Below, in pieces: positions 48,101 to 62,700 of a DNA stretch of 64,000 nt. A program made the position numbers and the translations under genes. Where the stretch lies: NCBI GenBank assembly GCA_000934665.2, contig KZ538015.1, positions 1-64,000 on the forward strand, written 5' to 3'. Numbering within the stretch: the stretch's first letter is position 1; every line of letters begins with the position of its first letter. The notes beneath the pieces are model-generated. The model did no database searches. It saw nothing but the letters and a program-made list of their open reading frames with translations, and was not told the DNA's origin. The DNA comes from Catajapyx aquilonaris. Its lineage: Eukaryota.

Positions 48101-51100
48101 TATTAAAATATGGAGTAGGGATTGTGAATCTTCACTATTGCAATCACGATTCTGGGAAATGAGTCATTTGACTAAGCTGGCGACCAATTGTGAATGTTTG
48201 ATCGATTGAATAAATCTGATTTTAGAGCTCAATGTGGATGGTTCATTTCTGCTAATTAGTGAGGTAAATATCACCCTGTAACTAGTTCGGATTCAGAACT
48301 TGTAGGTTTCTTCCAGGGCAACTATAGGGAAATAACGAAAAAAAGGCGCCAATGGGTCCAATAAGCGATTAGAAAAATCCATAGTTCGTCTGATTGGATG
48401 CACAATGCTTTCTATTGACATCTTGCTTCCTTTCATTATTATTTGTTTGTCCTACATAAGACCTCGACGGTGTGTCACCTTTTGAAAATGAAAAACATCC
48501 TTCCTTCTACATGACTGAGTCACTGAATATGTACCTTTAACCTTTTCTAGTATATAAGCTGGTGTAAGTTGGAATGTATTTTAAGCCCCATGTTTCTTTC
48601 ATTTCAGGTTGGTGTCCTTTTTGCGAATGAAAAGTGAAGTTAGTGCAGAGTGCGGTATGTACTGGTACATCAGAGCTTCATTCTGGAAAGGTCTGCTTGA
48701 TGGACGAGGCTGAGTTTTTTGCACAAATGTTTGCAAAACATGGTTTTAAAATTAGGAAGTACAAAAAAGACGAGCTTTTGTTATACATTGAAGTAAAAAA
48801 AAACAACAGTTGAGGCGACCCGTATTGTTCGCTGGTTGTAGCAGCAAATTCCAAGTCCAAAATGCTGTGTACATGGTGTTCCGGCAACAGACCCGCAGAG
48901 TTACGTTCTTTGTGGCATTTTATTCTCCTGCCTCTCAACATTTGATGATAATTCAACCGTACATATATCCATAATGCCAATGCTATTAAGCAGTTTGTAT
49001 CTGATAGCATGGGATGGAATGCAATTTTTGGTTTGTACTCCTGCCACATTGAAGGTGACAACAGAATGAAACATGATGCCAAAAATTGTCATGTGCATCG
49101 TTAAACTGTTAATTTTTGGTAGTCTGTGCATTATACACTACGCGATTTACTAATTTCCGCGCAGTCCATATTTATGTCTCGTGTGGTTTTGCATTGATAG
49201 ACAAGCTGTTCCACAGAGTGTGACTAGTTGGTCGCAAAATTTATAATTAGGACAGGTTGAAGCAACTGTAAATGTTGTTGACCCGAATTTTTAACAATAT
49301 TCCACACGCTAACAAGCTTACCTCTTGACAACTTTGCTCATGTCATGTCAAGTTCAGCGCATAATCCGTATGTGCTTTATGTGTTTTTTTTTTTCTTTCT
49401 CTATATATACTCGTGTGGAATTGAAAAAAATTCAATTATGCCGCATGTTTCATAACATATTGTACCTGACATCTCAAGTTTGAAAACAAATATGTTGGAT
49501 TATTATTATTATTATTAGGAACACCTCCACTCTATAAACTATCGGGCCTGCAACCGAAACTATGGAAGGAATCATGTTCTCAGAGGCACCGTCTACTGTG
49601 ACTTGTTATTGTGTGTCAACAATGATCGATCCGTAGCAGAAGTATGTAAGGAGCTTTTTTTTTTATGTAGTTCAAAAACAAGGCGTACCTTTGATGTACA
49701 GTAGTTGTGTGCTGCCTGCATGCATTGCAAATATTTGATGTGGCACGCACAATACTTATAGAATATGTAATCCAGGAGGGCTTTGAACGCCGACTCGCGT
49801 GGTCCGATACACACTGGCATTTGCATTAATACAGACAACGTTAGCAGCCCGGGCAGTCAAGCGGCACTAAAATATTCATAAACGGCGTTTGCTGCTACAA
49901 TCTCAGCACTAGTCTTCTTGGCCATTTTAATAAAATGTCTCCTCGTGTCATTATGCAAGGTCTGATCAGAAGTGAGAGCCATAAAGCACGTGTATAACCT
50001 GGCTTCGACTGAGGCCGTTACTCTGGCAATAAGTAATATCTGCACCTCCACGTTAGACCCGTTTAATGGCGACCCTGCTGGCGTTTAACTGTGATAATCA
50101 AGCGAGTTAATCCCTGTTTCAGAACTAATGACACTCGCTGCTGGAAAACGAGTCGCCAAAGTCTCAGGTGTAATGGCCCTGCCATTTTGGCAAAGGAATG
50201 ACTTTCCCCCCACTGAAGACATCTCTTCAGAACCATGTCGGATTGTTCCTTCAGGTCATGGTGCAAGGGAAAACGACCGTGGGTTTTTTTTGGTATCCGG
50301 GCAAAACCCGGTAATGCCAAGCTCCGTAGGCGCTGATAAGTCCCCTCCTGCTTCCTTTGACACGCCAATTTCTCAGCTGTCACCAAGGTTTCCGTCCTCC
50401 CCTCCTTTTCCTCTACCCCACATTTTTTCCCCAATTTTTCCAAGGCATGGATAGAAAAAAAAGGGTGGAAAAGTGGTTGGAAGATTAGCCTCATTGACGA
50501 CCCGCACGTCGAAGGGATTTCCCCCCAACAATGCGCATGCCGATTCTATAGAGAAAAGAGGGTTTCGCCATGTATGCTTTTTTTAGCTCGTCGGAGTCAA
50601 ATGTGACGTTTTCAGTGTTTGTATCCCAGATTTTCAATATGGTTTTGCGCCTTTTAGTGCTTGCCCTGGCTGCCTGGATAAAAAGTTAGCTCACATCCGT
50701 ATCGGTGTGATGCTTTTCCGCAGGTAGTGAACACGTGGGTGTGTGTCAATAGTGTGTGAAAGTTAAATTCAGTGTTTGCGAAATTCACCAATTAGCAGTT
50801 TTCCTCATTGTTGCAAGAGGGGCTAGAGCGACAATGTAGATTAATTTTAATTTTTTATGGCAATGGTTGCAGTTGCCAATTTGTTCTCTAGCTGATGGTA
50901 TTAACGAAATTAATTCTTCGTTTCCAATTACCTTACCTGAAGGGGTGTTGACATGCGCTATTTCAGCGGTAATGCGTTCAACCACATGCGACTCTACGCA
51001 GTGCCTGTCCCCCCCTCTCTTTTCACTTAAACACTTTGTGCGATTTTAGCACCACAATTAAATTTTGCCATAAGACCATAAGCTGGGTAACGAAATTCAA

Positions 51101-53273
51101 ACTGACAGGGCAATGTGTCGGCTGATTGTATAATCGAGGCTGTGTGACAAAGCTCGGGGTTGGTTTTATGTATATACGTTGCCTCGATGTCCGGTAATTA
51201 TCCAGCCGGGAGAATGAAAAAATTTATGTATTGCGTATACATGGCACACTGGCAGCATGCAAATGATAGAATCTGCTAAACGCATTGTGATAAGTCATGG
51301 CAATAACCGGGCTCATTTTTCAGTGGTGCTGCCTTTGCTGGGGCTGCCAACGGATCGCTAAAAGCAGCGCCATGCTGGTTAATAGTTAATTTGGCAGTGT
51401 CGAACCGGTACCGCCGGATCGTAAAAATAGTCCTGAACCTGGTGGAGCATTCCGGAAGTCCGAAAGAAAGAGGTCACGTTTATTAAGCAAACATTGGTTT
51501 GCTAAATAATGCTGCGACCTCCTCCACCCTCTTCCAGAAGGAAAATTGGTTTGTCATCGTGTGCTTCACCACTGATAAATTTTGCAGCAGCATTTATCGG
51601 AAAGCAGCTTTTGCCTCTACCGTTTGTTATCCGACAAAATTTTGTTGTAAAAAAAAAATGAAACCCTCAGGTGACAGAATGTGACACACCGTGGTAAAAT
51701 ATAATCGGGAGCATATGTTGGGAACGACATAAATGTTTTTTTTTCCACCGCCATAATTTCGGGCTCCAAAATAGCAACGGACCAAATATGTGCGGCCGGG
51801 TCCTTTTCGCAAGCATCGATCTGTCTCTGACATTAAAATGACGTTAGCACGCATACACACGGACACGCACGTCGGTGATATAGCGCGGTGCCCACAAAAC
51901 TTCAGCTCAGTTATTCGGGAGAGCCACATGTGGAGTTTCCCACGTTTAAAAAAATCGTGCTCGACGGTCCAAGTAGAAATTATTTTAGTTTTGGAATTCC
52001 CTCATCCCATAAACGTATTTTTGTTTAGTCCCCTCCAATCTCAAACTTCCACCTCCCCCCCCACCCCCCCCAATAAANCCCAATAAAAAAACAGAAAGAA
52101 ATAAAACTGTGCATGGTGTTATTTGTCCCATGCATCTTCTCAAATCGCTACAGTAACGATCGCTCCTCGTGTGGGCTCAGCATCCATTTAAAACCCCGAT
52201 AACAAATAGGTTGTAGATGGCTCCTGGGTGGTCTGAACAGTACAGGAGGATTCAGGGAAGCAATCCGAATTGATGTATTTTAACTGTTGTGCACACTTAC
52301 TCTGTGGGAGCTGGGAAAAGGTGTTTTACTAATAGGGAACGCCAACTTCCAAAGTTGCATTAATTACAGACAATGCGAATATGGATTTTTTTGATGAAAA
52401 AGTCACGTGCTCTGGGGAAACCAAATATATTTCCAGCATGATTGATTGATGTTTGGATTTTTAAGTAGTCCCGTATGCTGCACGTGTGTTGTTCAGCGTA
52501 GTCATCCTGCGCATTTTCCATGCACAGCGAATCTTCAGGAAGATGCTTCTTGTGAAAAGAGTGCCTTGTTGGTTGGTTACTTGTGGGAGGGGATAGGCTG
52601 TCAAGAGTGTCGTTAACTGGAAGAGGCAATTTGAAAGGACCATCTCGACTTCACATGGTGTCCGTCAGATTTCTATTATGAGTCGACAAAGGAGCTAATC
52701 TGGAATCGTTAGGCGCCTTTTGTTGCTTTTTCCAAAGAGGGGGGACAAATTGAACTCCGCAAAGCCAGTCAGCCTAGCGTGGTTAGCAAGTTAAAGCTTG
52801 ACCTTTAGTTACAGGGGGTTTGGACGAGTTTGTAATACTTGCAGGTAGTACGGTAGTTGTGCGGACCTAGTTGCAGCAGGACTGTTAAATTTTGAGGATT
52901 GCCTTCGGGAACTTCAATTTGCCAACGAGTTTTGGAGTTGGGGGGGTGGATGGGTATAGTTGGGGGGACATGAAAGCGTCTCAGCTGACTCACCACACCT
53001 AACTAAATTTTGTGGGTCGGGGGCGGGTGCAAGAGGGCTACAACGCAAAGTGTTATAGTTTTGCAGAGAAGTAGTTTGGCCCCGCAAAAATGTGGTTTTG
53101 CCAAATGCTTCAGCCATCATTTACGCCCGTTTTTCAGTACTACACGTATATAGTAGGGGGGCATCTTAGTATAACTTTGCACCGTTCCCAAATTGTTCTC
53201 AAATGGTGATTGGACTCGTGGATGTTCTGTAGGCAAATTATAAATTGTTGCTGTATTGCGAGTTAAACATATT

Positions 53274-53371
53274 GGGTGGAATTTTACTGTTACTGCTAAC
53301 TTAGCACCTCCAGCTTTGGCACTGGTACTGCTAAGTTAGCAGTTACTAGAAGAGGGACGAAAATTCCACCC
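53274..53371. mobile_element. Palindromic MITE (GGGTGGAATTTT ends), family copy 2
   Basis: GGGTGGAATTTT...TTACTGCTAACTTAGCA...TACTGCTAAGTTAGCAGT...GGGACGAAAATTCCACCC; same family as 10251-10363. Confidence 0.85.
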
Positions 53372-53489
53372 ACTAGCTATAACAAGTGATTGATTTAATT
53401 TGCAGCAGGTTTGCACTGCATATTTTGTACAGTTACAAGTAAAATGACGGTAATTACTGTATTTACCATTTTTAAAGCGATTCCCTATT

Positions 53490-53745
53490 ACAGTGATTTT
53501 TCACTCATTCGACACATGAAGTAGCATCCAGTTAATTTTAAGTGAAACTCTTTCAATGGGCTCAATTAGTCCATTCATAGAGTAAATCTTCTATCGATCT
53601 GAGTGAAAATTCTCCTCAGATCGACGGAGGGAGAAAAAAAACTATCAGAATTGATTGATTGAGTCAACCGAGAGAAACTTTTCACTGTAAGGAGTGCCAT
53701 TCCAAGAGTAGGAAAGAGCGAAAACCACTCAAAATAATCGAGAGA
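53490..53745. repeat. Decayed relative of the TTTTCACTC/GAGTGAAAA element
   Basis: TTTTTCACTC, TAAGTGAAA, GAGTGAAAATT and AAAACCACTCAAAA motifs as in 31971-32265. Confidence 0.35.
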
Positions 53746-56700
53746 ACATCCAGAAGGATCGGACAATGATCGTATGACTTTCGAAAGTGCTAGTGATTGC
53801 ATTGCTTTAAGTTAGATTACAAGTGTGTGCCCACCATGTATTCTTCCCGTGTAAGACCTCTTTGCCCGAAAGTCATTCCAGGCCTCATATCGCCCGAGGA
53901 TAAACCAGTGCAAAAGACGTAATTCGTTTTACCCGCCATTCACCTGGAAATTCTCGACACGAGTTATTGGAGACATTCGCCCTGTGATCTGTTTGGACGT
54001 CCGCAGAAGATCACGTCCGGCCTTCGGATCTGTGCGAAATGCGAAGCTTATCCGGGCGTGACCCGATTAAGAAAATACACACAAGCGAGGAATGAGAGAG
54101 AGAAAAAAAACACATTGCCCAGCGAGCTTTTTCCTTATTGGCCTCTGGCACTTGAAGCTTTTCCCGAGTAGAGAACGCAATCTTCTGTACCTGACCGTCT
54201 TTAGCTGGCGAGTCACAAATCGATTCCATTTCCCCACCCCTCCTGTTGTGTTGTGTGTGCGTAAAGTTGTGCGAGTGACCAGATTGCTTCTGGACCCCTC
54301 CAGATCAATACCCAAGCCTTGCTGGTATAGGTGTTAGTGCCGGCAATATTTACCTACGCCTATCTGCATTGCAAATTGAACCGTGACTGATATGGCTGAC
54401 GTCAACTGGTCCGAGGTTGGTGCTGAACGCGCGTATAAAAATTGGGCTCCATTTTTTTTGCAATGCTGGGCCAAGAGAGGACCCGTCAATTATTCAGGTG
54501 ATATGCTCGGAAAATTTTTGCGGTGCCTGAATCTGTGTTGGTTTCAAAGGGAAAGGGGGTGTGAAAAGAGTGCAGCATCCAGCCTGGGATTGTGACAGAG
54601 ATGGTCCATCCGTCCAGAAGCGGGGGTTGATGGGAAACTTTCCCATCGGTTGCACTTTCATGGTGTTACCGACAGATTATAGAGTTCCGGTTGTGTACAG
54701 TACGTACGTGGGAAGTTGTTTTGCGATATATTCAGTGTGATGTGGGCTCGGTCGAGCGCGAGTTTTTGCCCGCAAATTCTCTTACTCATGCATGATTTTT
54801 CAGGTGTAGTACAGCAGGTATGTGGAGAGACCCTTTTTGGATGAGAATCATGCACGTCGGCTTATGTGTGGAAATGCGCGATTGAGCAGCAGGGTTGAAA
54901 AAAAAATGCATATTAAAAAGTGTCCATCAGTTTGGTCATGCAGATAGATTGCTCTCGAATTGCTTCGAAACGGAGAGCTTTGCATGGGGCTGCAATTGGA
55001 AAAGAATGACAAATGTGATGGAATAGGTCGTTCTCAGAAAGTAAAGCCTTCAAAGAAGAAAGCACAAAAAATTGCATCCTCGATGGTTCTTGGAAGTTTT
55101 ATGAAATGTGCGCTGTGCAAACACCTGGCAAATAGTGAAGAACGTCTGTCTTTATGTACTCCACTGGTGCATCAGCCGCTTGTTGGATGAATTGTTAATG
55201 TACGAGTATATGATATGGTATAGTGCAGTGGATTGTTTACTTCAGCAAGCAGCGTCAATAGAAGCAGGTAGCATCTATTAAAACTGTGGAGTCAACTTGC
55301 TGTTAAATTGTTGGTGCGAACAATTCACATACTGGTGCGTACTACTTGTGGTTGTAAGAGTAGGCAGTCAACAATGTAAACTGACGCATTTTTTCTCTCT
55401 GGAATATCCATTAAACATTGTCAGTTGGCCGGGTCATGGCGGTACTTTTCATCAGAAAAAATCCTCTCGAACCTGGCTCGGCCTTGTGTATTATTCACGA
55501 ATTTGGGCGAACCCGGTATATAGTTGTGGGAAATCCAGGGGATACACAGAGCAGCGCGGGAGTATATGCGAATTTATATTCCTGGCTCATTTTCTGGCAA
55601 AATGGGGCCAGCCTCACTTTCTGCTCGCGCTTTAGGCCTTCAACGAGATGGGGGTAGGGGAACAAAAATAACAATACTTCAGAGTTTATGCACCGCTGCT
55701 GTGCGCCGTAAGGCATCGTGTGTAGTGGGGGGTACGAGGCACGCGCTCCATACAAAATTTTCGGTATGCAATTTTCAGATGTGCCCGCCGGACCTCCAAG
55801 AATCCGCAATTAATCAAATCGATCCTTCTGCATCGGATGGAATCGCAAAAAAAAAAGAGAGAGAGAGAGAAAAGAGACGGGTCTGATAAGCGAAATTAAT
55901 CACAGGTGTCCGCACAACTCCTTCACACACACACAAAAAAACGAATCCGATCTAAAGGATTCCAGGAAGCCGATTTTGATTGGCGGTTGATCTCCGCGGG
56001 ACGTCAGCTGGCTCCCCGGAATATAATCAAGCCCGGTTGGAACATCTGTCAATTAAAAACACGGACTGGGAGGCGACGATGCCCATTGGCGATTCGCCGG
56101 CACAGGAATTAATCTGACCTAGAGCACACTTGTACAGGGTGCGGCTGGACACATCTGCATTTTTATTTTGGCGGACCTGCAGCACGAATCAGCTTACACG
56201 TAACGAAAGTGAAATGACCGACCCCTGGACTCAACTGTGTGGCACGAACTTGGCGGAACGGAGCCTATGTTGCATTAAAAATACCAGAGGGGGTGAAAAA
56301 AAAGAGTTAGGCCTCTCATTTTCCAGCCTTCGCCTACTCACTAGACGGGGTCTAATTAAAGCCTACGTACGTGGCGGGGATTTGCTCTTGCACGTTCCGG
56401 ATTCGGGCGAAATGTACCAGCCAAGCGCTAATTGCCGGCTATCTGGTAGCATGGGGTTGGGGGGATCTTCCCAGTCCAGCAGACACACACACAAAAAACT
56501 GGGGGATGGAAAATTGATACCTTTATTGGTTTGACTGACATGGTTCGGCCTCCTTGGATTTTATGGGGTGTGACCATCCTTAAAATGTGTAAAATGCGTA
56601 ATTAATCTACGTGCTGGGAATACCTATGCAGGGGGATTTTTCAAGCTATATCTGGTGTTAGCAGCTGCACACTTCATGCTTTTTGACTGACCGTCAAGAA

Positions 56701-59700
56701 CTGGACGGCAGTTCATGTCAGCTCCTGAAGACCGCTGAAAGTTTGGAGAAACGGTCATTTACTTTCTCAGGTGAAAAATTCTGTAGTTAAAAAAAACTGA
56801 TAATGAAACTGCATTATTCAGGGGATGTGTTAGAGGTGACGGATTGGGTCGCGTTATAAAGAGCTTGCCCTCCAGACTCGTCCTCATTTTGGTTCTGCGA
56901 CTCATTTAGGAAATTGCTTCCAAGAGCTGATTAAACTTCGTCAAACAAGGTGTAAGAGGTGCATTACAGGGGAGCGAACTTTTCAGACGAGTGCAATTAT
57001 GTGGTTTTTTTGCTCACTTTGATCACTTTTTATGTGTGGGGAGGGGGAAAAAATAGTGCGTGCGTTGTTAATGCGTGCAGTCGTCTGCCCGAGGACGATA
57101 AAACTCTCTCTTAAACGTATTACGCTCCATATTTATGTTGCCATAATTTTGGAAAATTATCAGGGACAAGCTTAAATGTGTTATCTGCCTCGCATGTGAT
57201 TAATGTACTGTGCTTTTTTTTATATGAGAAAAGCGTTCATTTGCACAGTAATCCGGAGTGTGCACAAAATTACATTAATATTATTAAAGCTGAGGTGTTG
57301 GTTTACTCAAGATTCCATGTATGATTTACATTGGGGAGTAATGTAGGAGATTCATAGGACAAATGGATCAATCCCCATGTAAAAAAGTGACGGATTACTT
57401 ACTGCAATTGCAAATGCGCATACCTGTTATAGGTTCTGGTTGAAGTGCGCATGCGCGACTGGAGTAACTAATTCACCATATTTTATTATGCTTAACTTTG
57501 TTGAGGGCATCACCCTCATTCTTTTGCATGGACTGCAAATCTGCTTTGTGTATGCGTGGGTAGTTTAGCATAACGGACCACCATGTCTACTCGAAGAAAT
57601 GAGGATGGGTTGACTACAGTTGTAAGGGACCTTTAAAGTACAGGGTACTGCCTTATGACATTATGGCACGAAGTAATTGGGGAGTGAGATTAAACGAAAT
57701 GTGTATATACGTATCCCATTGCATGCGCACTTGGGACCTCCGAGGGTCGGAAAAGGTTGGACCTCTGTTTCTTGAAGTGATATAAATTCCGGAGCTTGTG
57801 CTGTAGATGGGCGTGCACTTTTCGCGTGCGCCCAAAATTGTCAGGTGCGTGACGAGAGCACTGGAAATTACGCAGTTCGCTTGCTTCAATGCACCGGGAT
57901 GTGTTTCCGTGACGGTGTCCACCTTGACACAACATGACAAACGACCCCGTCAGCAGTCTCGCATGCACATACACACTGAGCCTTAAACGGTCAGACTATG
58001 AAAGGGCACCCTAAAATAATGTACTCTCTAGTGCTGTAAAATATACAAAGCCGTAAATTTTGACTGTTTGAAAAATAAGTGGTTTTCGCGTTGCAAAATG
58101 TTCAGTCTTTAGAGATAATGTGTCATCGTTAATTACTCTAACTTGTAACCGGATAGATTTGTGCTGCATGTGGGCAGGCCTGCGTGACATATTGTTTCGG
58201 ATCTCATGATTTTGTAGCGTTTGGCTGCTGACTCACCCTGTGTATTAAGACAGCAGTAATTCGAGCTGTCGAAAGCAGCTTAGTCCCCTCTTAATCACCA
58301 GTGGATAAATCTCCAACCACCTCCTTTTGGAATATATTGGGACGTTTACGCCTCTCCAGATTCCCCATTTTGCGGCCTAAATTGCGCTGCAGTCTATCGA
58401 TTAAACTGGGCGGTCCACATTAGATTTTCAGCGGCACCTTTATCTTGCGATAGATAAGCCTCTCCTCTATTTACTCCGCCGACCTCACCCCCCGCAGTTT
58501 GAGACTTGTAAGGGGAGTAAATCATATGCAGAGGAATATTGGCGTAATATGGCCAAGCTCTAGAGAAGAAGCCTGTCCTTATCTTTGCTATATTCTGCTT
58601 CGGGAATTTTTTCGGGTGGAAAAAAGGGAGGGGCACACATTCGCGATTCCACGAGAACCCCGGGGGTGATAAATGGCCAAGTTTATTGGAGAGAAAAGTG
58701 CGCGAATCTTGAGCTTATCTGGTGCTACCAGCTCGATTAGACTCGACTATTGCGCCACCTGGGGTGTGAAATATTCTCGCATTGCAGAACCCTTTTTTTT
58801 CGCCCTGAAAATGGCGAGGGGGCATGTATGGCCAAAGTTTATACGCAGAAGCTATTGTTGCTATCGTTATTCAAACGATGACAATAATGGGTTACGAATA
58901 CCATGGGGATATGCTGACAGTTCAAAAGATTCGAGCACTGAATCAAGCTGACTGCTGGGATCATATAGGAAAAGAACTGTTTCTTGCAATCATATCGACA
59001 TTCGCGAATTTTTTTGCGCTCTTCATGATTCGAAAAGTTCACTTCCAGTCGGTTGGAGAGCTCTGAAAAATCCTGACCTAAGGCACCGCCCTCCTTTTTT
59101 ATATATATCATGTATCTGCCCCCTTTGTGCTCTTTGTATGATGCGATTGATCCCCTTTTGAAGAGCGGTTGTTCACATTAAAGCCAGGTGCCACTCTATT
59201 TTATGAACCGTAATCCACAATGGTATTGAAAACTTTTTGTCGATTATTGCGTGGTGCAATTTACACGCTCAAAATATTTCATATTGATAGCAATTATGGA
59301 AATTTGATGGAATTTTTGAACGTCGAGTGAGGGGGTAATAATAACTGCTGCGAGTTGGAACCTCTCGTCTCATCAAGGGCAACTCGGCCTGCTAATTACA
59401 TGCATCGCGGTGTTATTTTTTTTTGTTAATTTTTTTTTCATGTAGGGTTAACTGGTTTTTAATCCACGGTGCAGAAGGTAGTTATGGCGCTTAATGTGCA
59501 ACTTTTATACGGACCTGGTGTATGTAATCCTATGCTGCTAGTTGGTCGCAATAATTTATCGGTACAACTGAGGTCAGCTGGGGTCCACGTGAAAAATTTA
59601 TTTCCCGATTTGGCCGTTACCTTTCGAGTTCGGACACAATAAAACATCAATTGATTCCCTCCTCTGCGAGTTTTTGTGGACCAGTTTGGGTCCCGGCGTG

Positions 59701-62700
59701 GAGGCGGCAGGGCATAATTTACAACCCCCTAGTTGGCAATGTGCAGAAATCCACCTTGGCCTGCATACTCTTTTTTTTCTCTCTCTCTCCGTCGGGTAAT
59801 GTACGGTCCATGAACTTCAGGATGCGAGGAAGTTGCTTGGGGGAGAGATTGAAATGCAGATAAGATGGATGCTCACAAAGCATTCAGCGGATGAGCACTA
59901 AGGCAAGCCAGGTGCCACTTAATTGTCTCATCTAGAATGACAATGGGTGTAATGTACGGAATGGGGTTGTTCCACCGCCAGTTCTTTCAACTTCTCACTC
60001 GTTACATCTGATGTAACAAAAATGTTACATGCGAGTAAACATTTAAGCGTGACGGATAGTAATGCATTCTTCCGGTATAAGTTTATTGACTTCGGATAAT
60101 GGCGGAACCTGACTCATGATATATTCAATGAAACATATACAATACGGTAAAATTAGAATTGTGTAAGTAATCAGGGAATTTGCTCATCGTAAACACGGTC
60201 AGCAGGAAATGTATTTTGGGTTCGATGTACTACTAGGTCTTTCCGTATGGGTGTGACGTCACTTCCTAGGATAAACGTTTTTAAACGTGACATTGACATG
60301 TACATAGCGCAACATTTCAGAAAGACTTGAGGATTGTATTAACATAAAGTTTCATTAGCCTGTCACTCAGTGTTTGTTATACAGTTGATAACAATGTAAT
60401 GTGGGCTGCTCACGAGTTTCGATCCGCTCTGCCCTGTAGTTGCTATTTTCTGTAACAGCTACTGTAAAGTGTTCCTATATAATTCAACCTAATCACGCCT
60501 AACTTTTGAGGAATGTGTACAGGTGAATTGCCTCAAAGTCATCAAGTTCATCGAGGGGGGGGGAAAGAACAGTATACCTAGTGAAGCTGATTCATCCTAT
60601 TTATGCGGTCTTATAGGGGCAAGTTTGTAATTCGCAAACTGGAAAAAAAGATTTTTGTCGAGGTCTGGGATAATGGCAAGCCGCAGTGGAGATTAGTATC
60701 TGGCGATTCAGAGTCGCAATTATTCACGAATGCCACTGGCGGACTACATATTAAAGGAGTTTAAGGCTTGGCCTCGTTGGAGGAAATGACACAAAAAAAA
60801 ATCATAGTAAATTTTGGTGGCTGCGCAAGCGGAGGATGCACAAAAGATTCTCATTACGTATTCAGAGTATTGAATAGTCGGAAGCCTACATGATGTGGGC
60901 GGGCTAATCAGCCACAGTGCTTTCTAATGTGGAACTAAAGAAGTATTATTCGGAAGTGGGAGGGGGATGTAATGGCCGGAAATGGGCGGCCGGACGCTAT
61001 ATAGCTAATTTGAATGTGTTTGATGTTTTCTTTTTCTCATCACTTTTGAGGATGATGATTCCCTGGGCAGAGCAATTAGCTGAATAACAGACCCTCCCGT
61101 GATTTGGGCTTGTTACCTGGACGTGACACGAACCGGATAATTTGTGGGGGGATCTCTCTATATATACATATGCCCAGTGCCCATTGTTCCATTGTGTGAT
61201 ATACAGAGACGAACATTGTTTTTATTGTAACCGGACGCTTCTTTTATTTTGCCCTCCGGATCGATATGTGTGTGAAGGATTGGAGAGACGGGGGTTTTGC
61301 CTTTTTACTCCGCCGCTTTTCGTGAGAAGATTGAAGTGCAGTAAACTTTGGTATCGGGATATTAGCACGGAATATAATAGGGTTCCGTGCGACTCCAGTG
61401 CTGCCAAGATTGAAGATTGGTATGCAGGAGCAGGTTGTTCAATAACCTCCTTGGCTTTAGGAACAGTGACCTCAACCCAGAGTATATAGTGGTCAGGGAA
61501 ATATCTAGTGTGCTATTATTCATTATTTATTCGCCTGTAACACGACCTTCATTAAACCGCATTATCGCGTTTTCGATCAAGTGGTAGCAACGTCTTACCA
61601 CAAAACAGATGAGACGCAAGAACAGTGACAACTAAGTTAATTTAGGGGACTTATGGTCGTTAATATTTTAATTAGATGTGGTATTATTGGGATAATTACT
61701 GTGGGGAGATGTTGCCCATACGAGCCAAAGAGCTTACTGGACAATTAATCAATCGATCAGATATGGTGGAATGAACCTGTCTATAACAGTCTCTCCGTTC
61801 ATTAATTTTTTTTGGGGGGTAATGAACAGGTTTCTGTTGCTGACAGGATCACATTCACTTGCTCGGTTTCTAGGGCGAACAATCCATGACTTCTTCCCCT
61901 GCCACCATCTTGAACTGGGAATTGGGCCATGTAGGAATTGTTAGGTGATGTAGGACAAAGTAGCGGATTTGCTCTACAGCAAACAAATTGTCAAGTGGAT
62001 GGATGGCTACAAAAGCGACTGCCTCACTGCAGCTCTTCCATTTTAATTGCTGCTGGCAATAATTAAAGCGTTTGCATTTTAATACCTTAGGAGGATTACG
62101 TGGCTTTCTACAGAAACGCCAGTGTATTCCGATGTCTGCAATTCTCCCAAAGTAACCCGAAGCAGGCGAACTTTGTATTTGCTGGAAAAATCGGATTTGA
62201 TTTTTCGATTATTTTTTTAAGTTCAAAGGTAGCGAGAATATAGCCTCGCACGTGGAGAAGCAACGAGGAAAAATTATAGTAAGTAGGAAATTGCAGACGC
62301 GCCGTTTTTAAACTTGTTGCTATTTCCGTCCCGAGTGGTGCTGGCGTATTGGAAATATTTTCCCTGGAGGTAAAGTGTCAGTGTCACAAACGCAAAATAG
62401 GAGCTGGCAAAGCCTCAGTATTTATACACCCGAACCATAAACAAGCACATCTCCGGGACTTCCTGCTGCCACCCTGTAGAAACTATATATTGAAACGGCT
62501 CTCAAAACATTTCCAGATAAATGGGTCGTCCTCCGGAATCGATTGCATGTGGAAATCACTGGCATTTATCTTTAAATAAACTGCAAGTGTGCACCCCGGA
62601 TTTCCGTAGTGATTTATCCCGTGAGATATAAAGAGATTGCAGGAGCGGGGAAATATCCATAACTTCTGTGGAATTGTGCAGTGTACCATCCTGTACACGG

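Noticed and set aside
48608..48654. Candidate exon 2 of the signal-peptide gene (tttcag...gtatgt)
   Set aside because: In the required phase 1 it reaches TGA after six codons.
52050..52095. C-rich tract with an N (also N at 5114)
   Set aside because: Assembly uncertainty beside homopolymers, not a biological feature.
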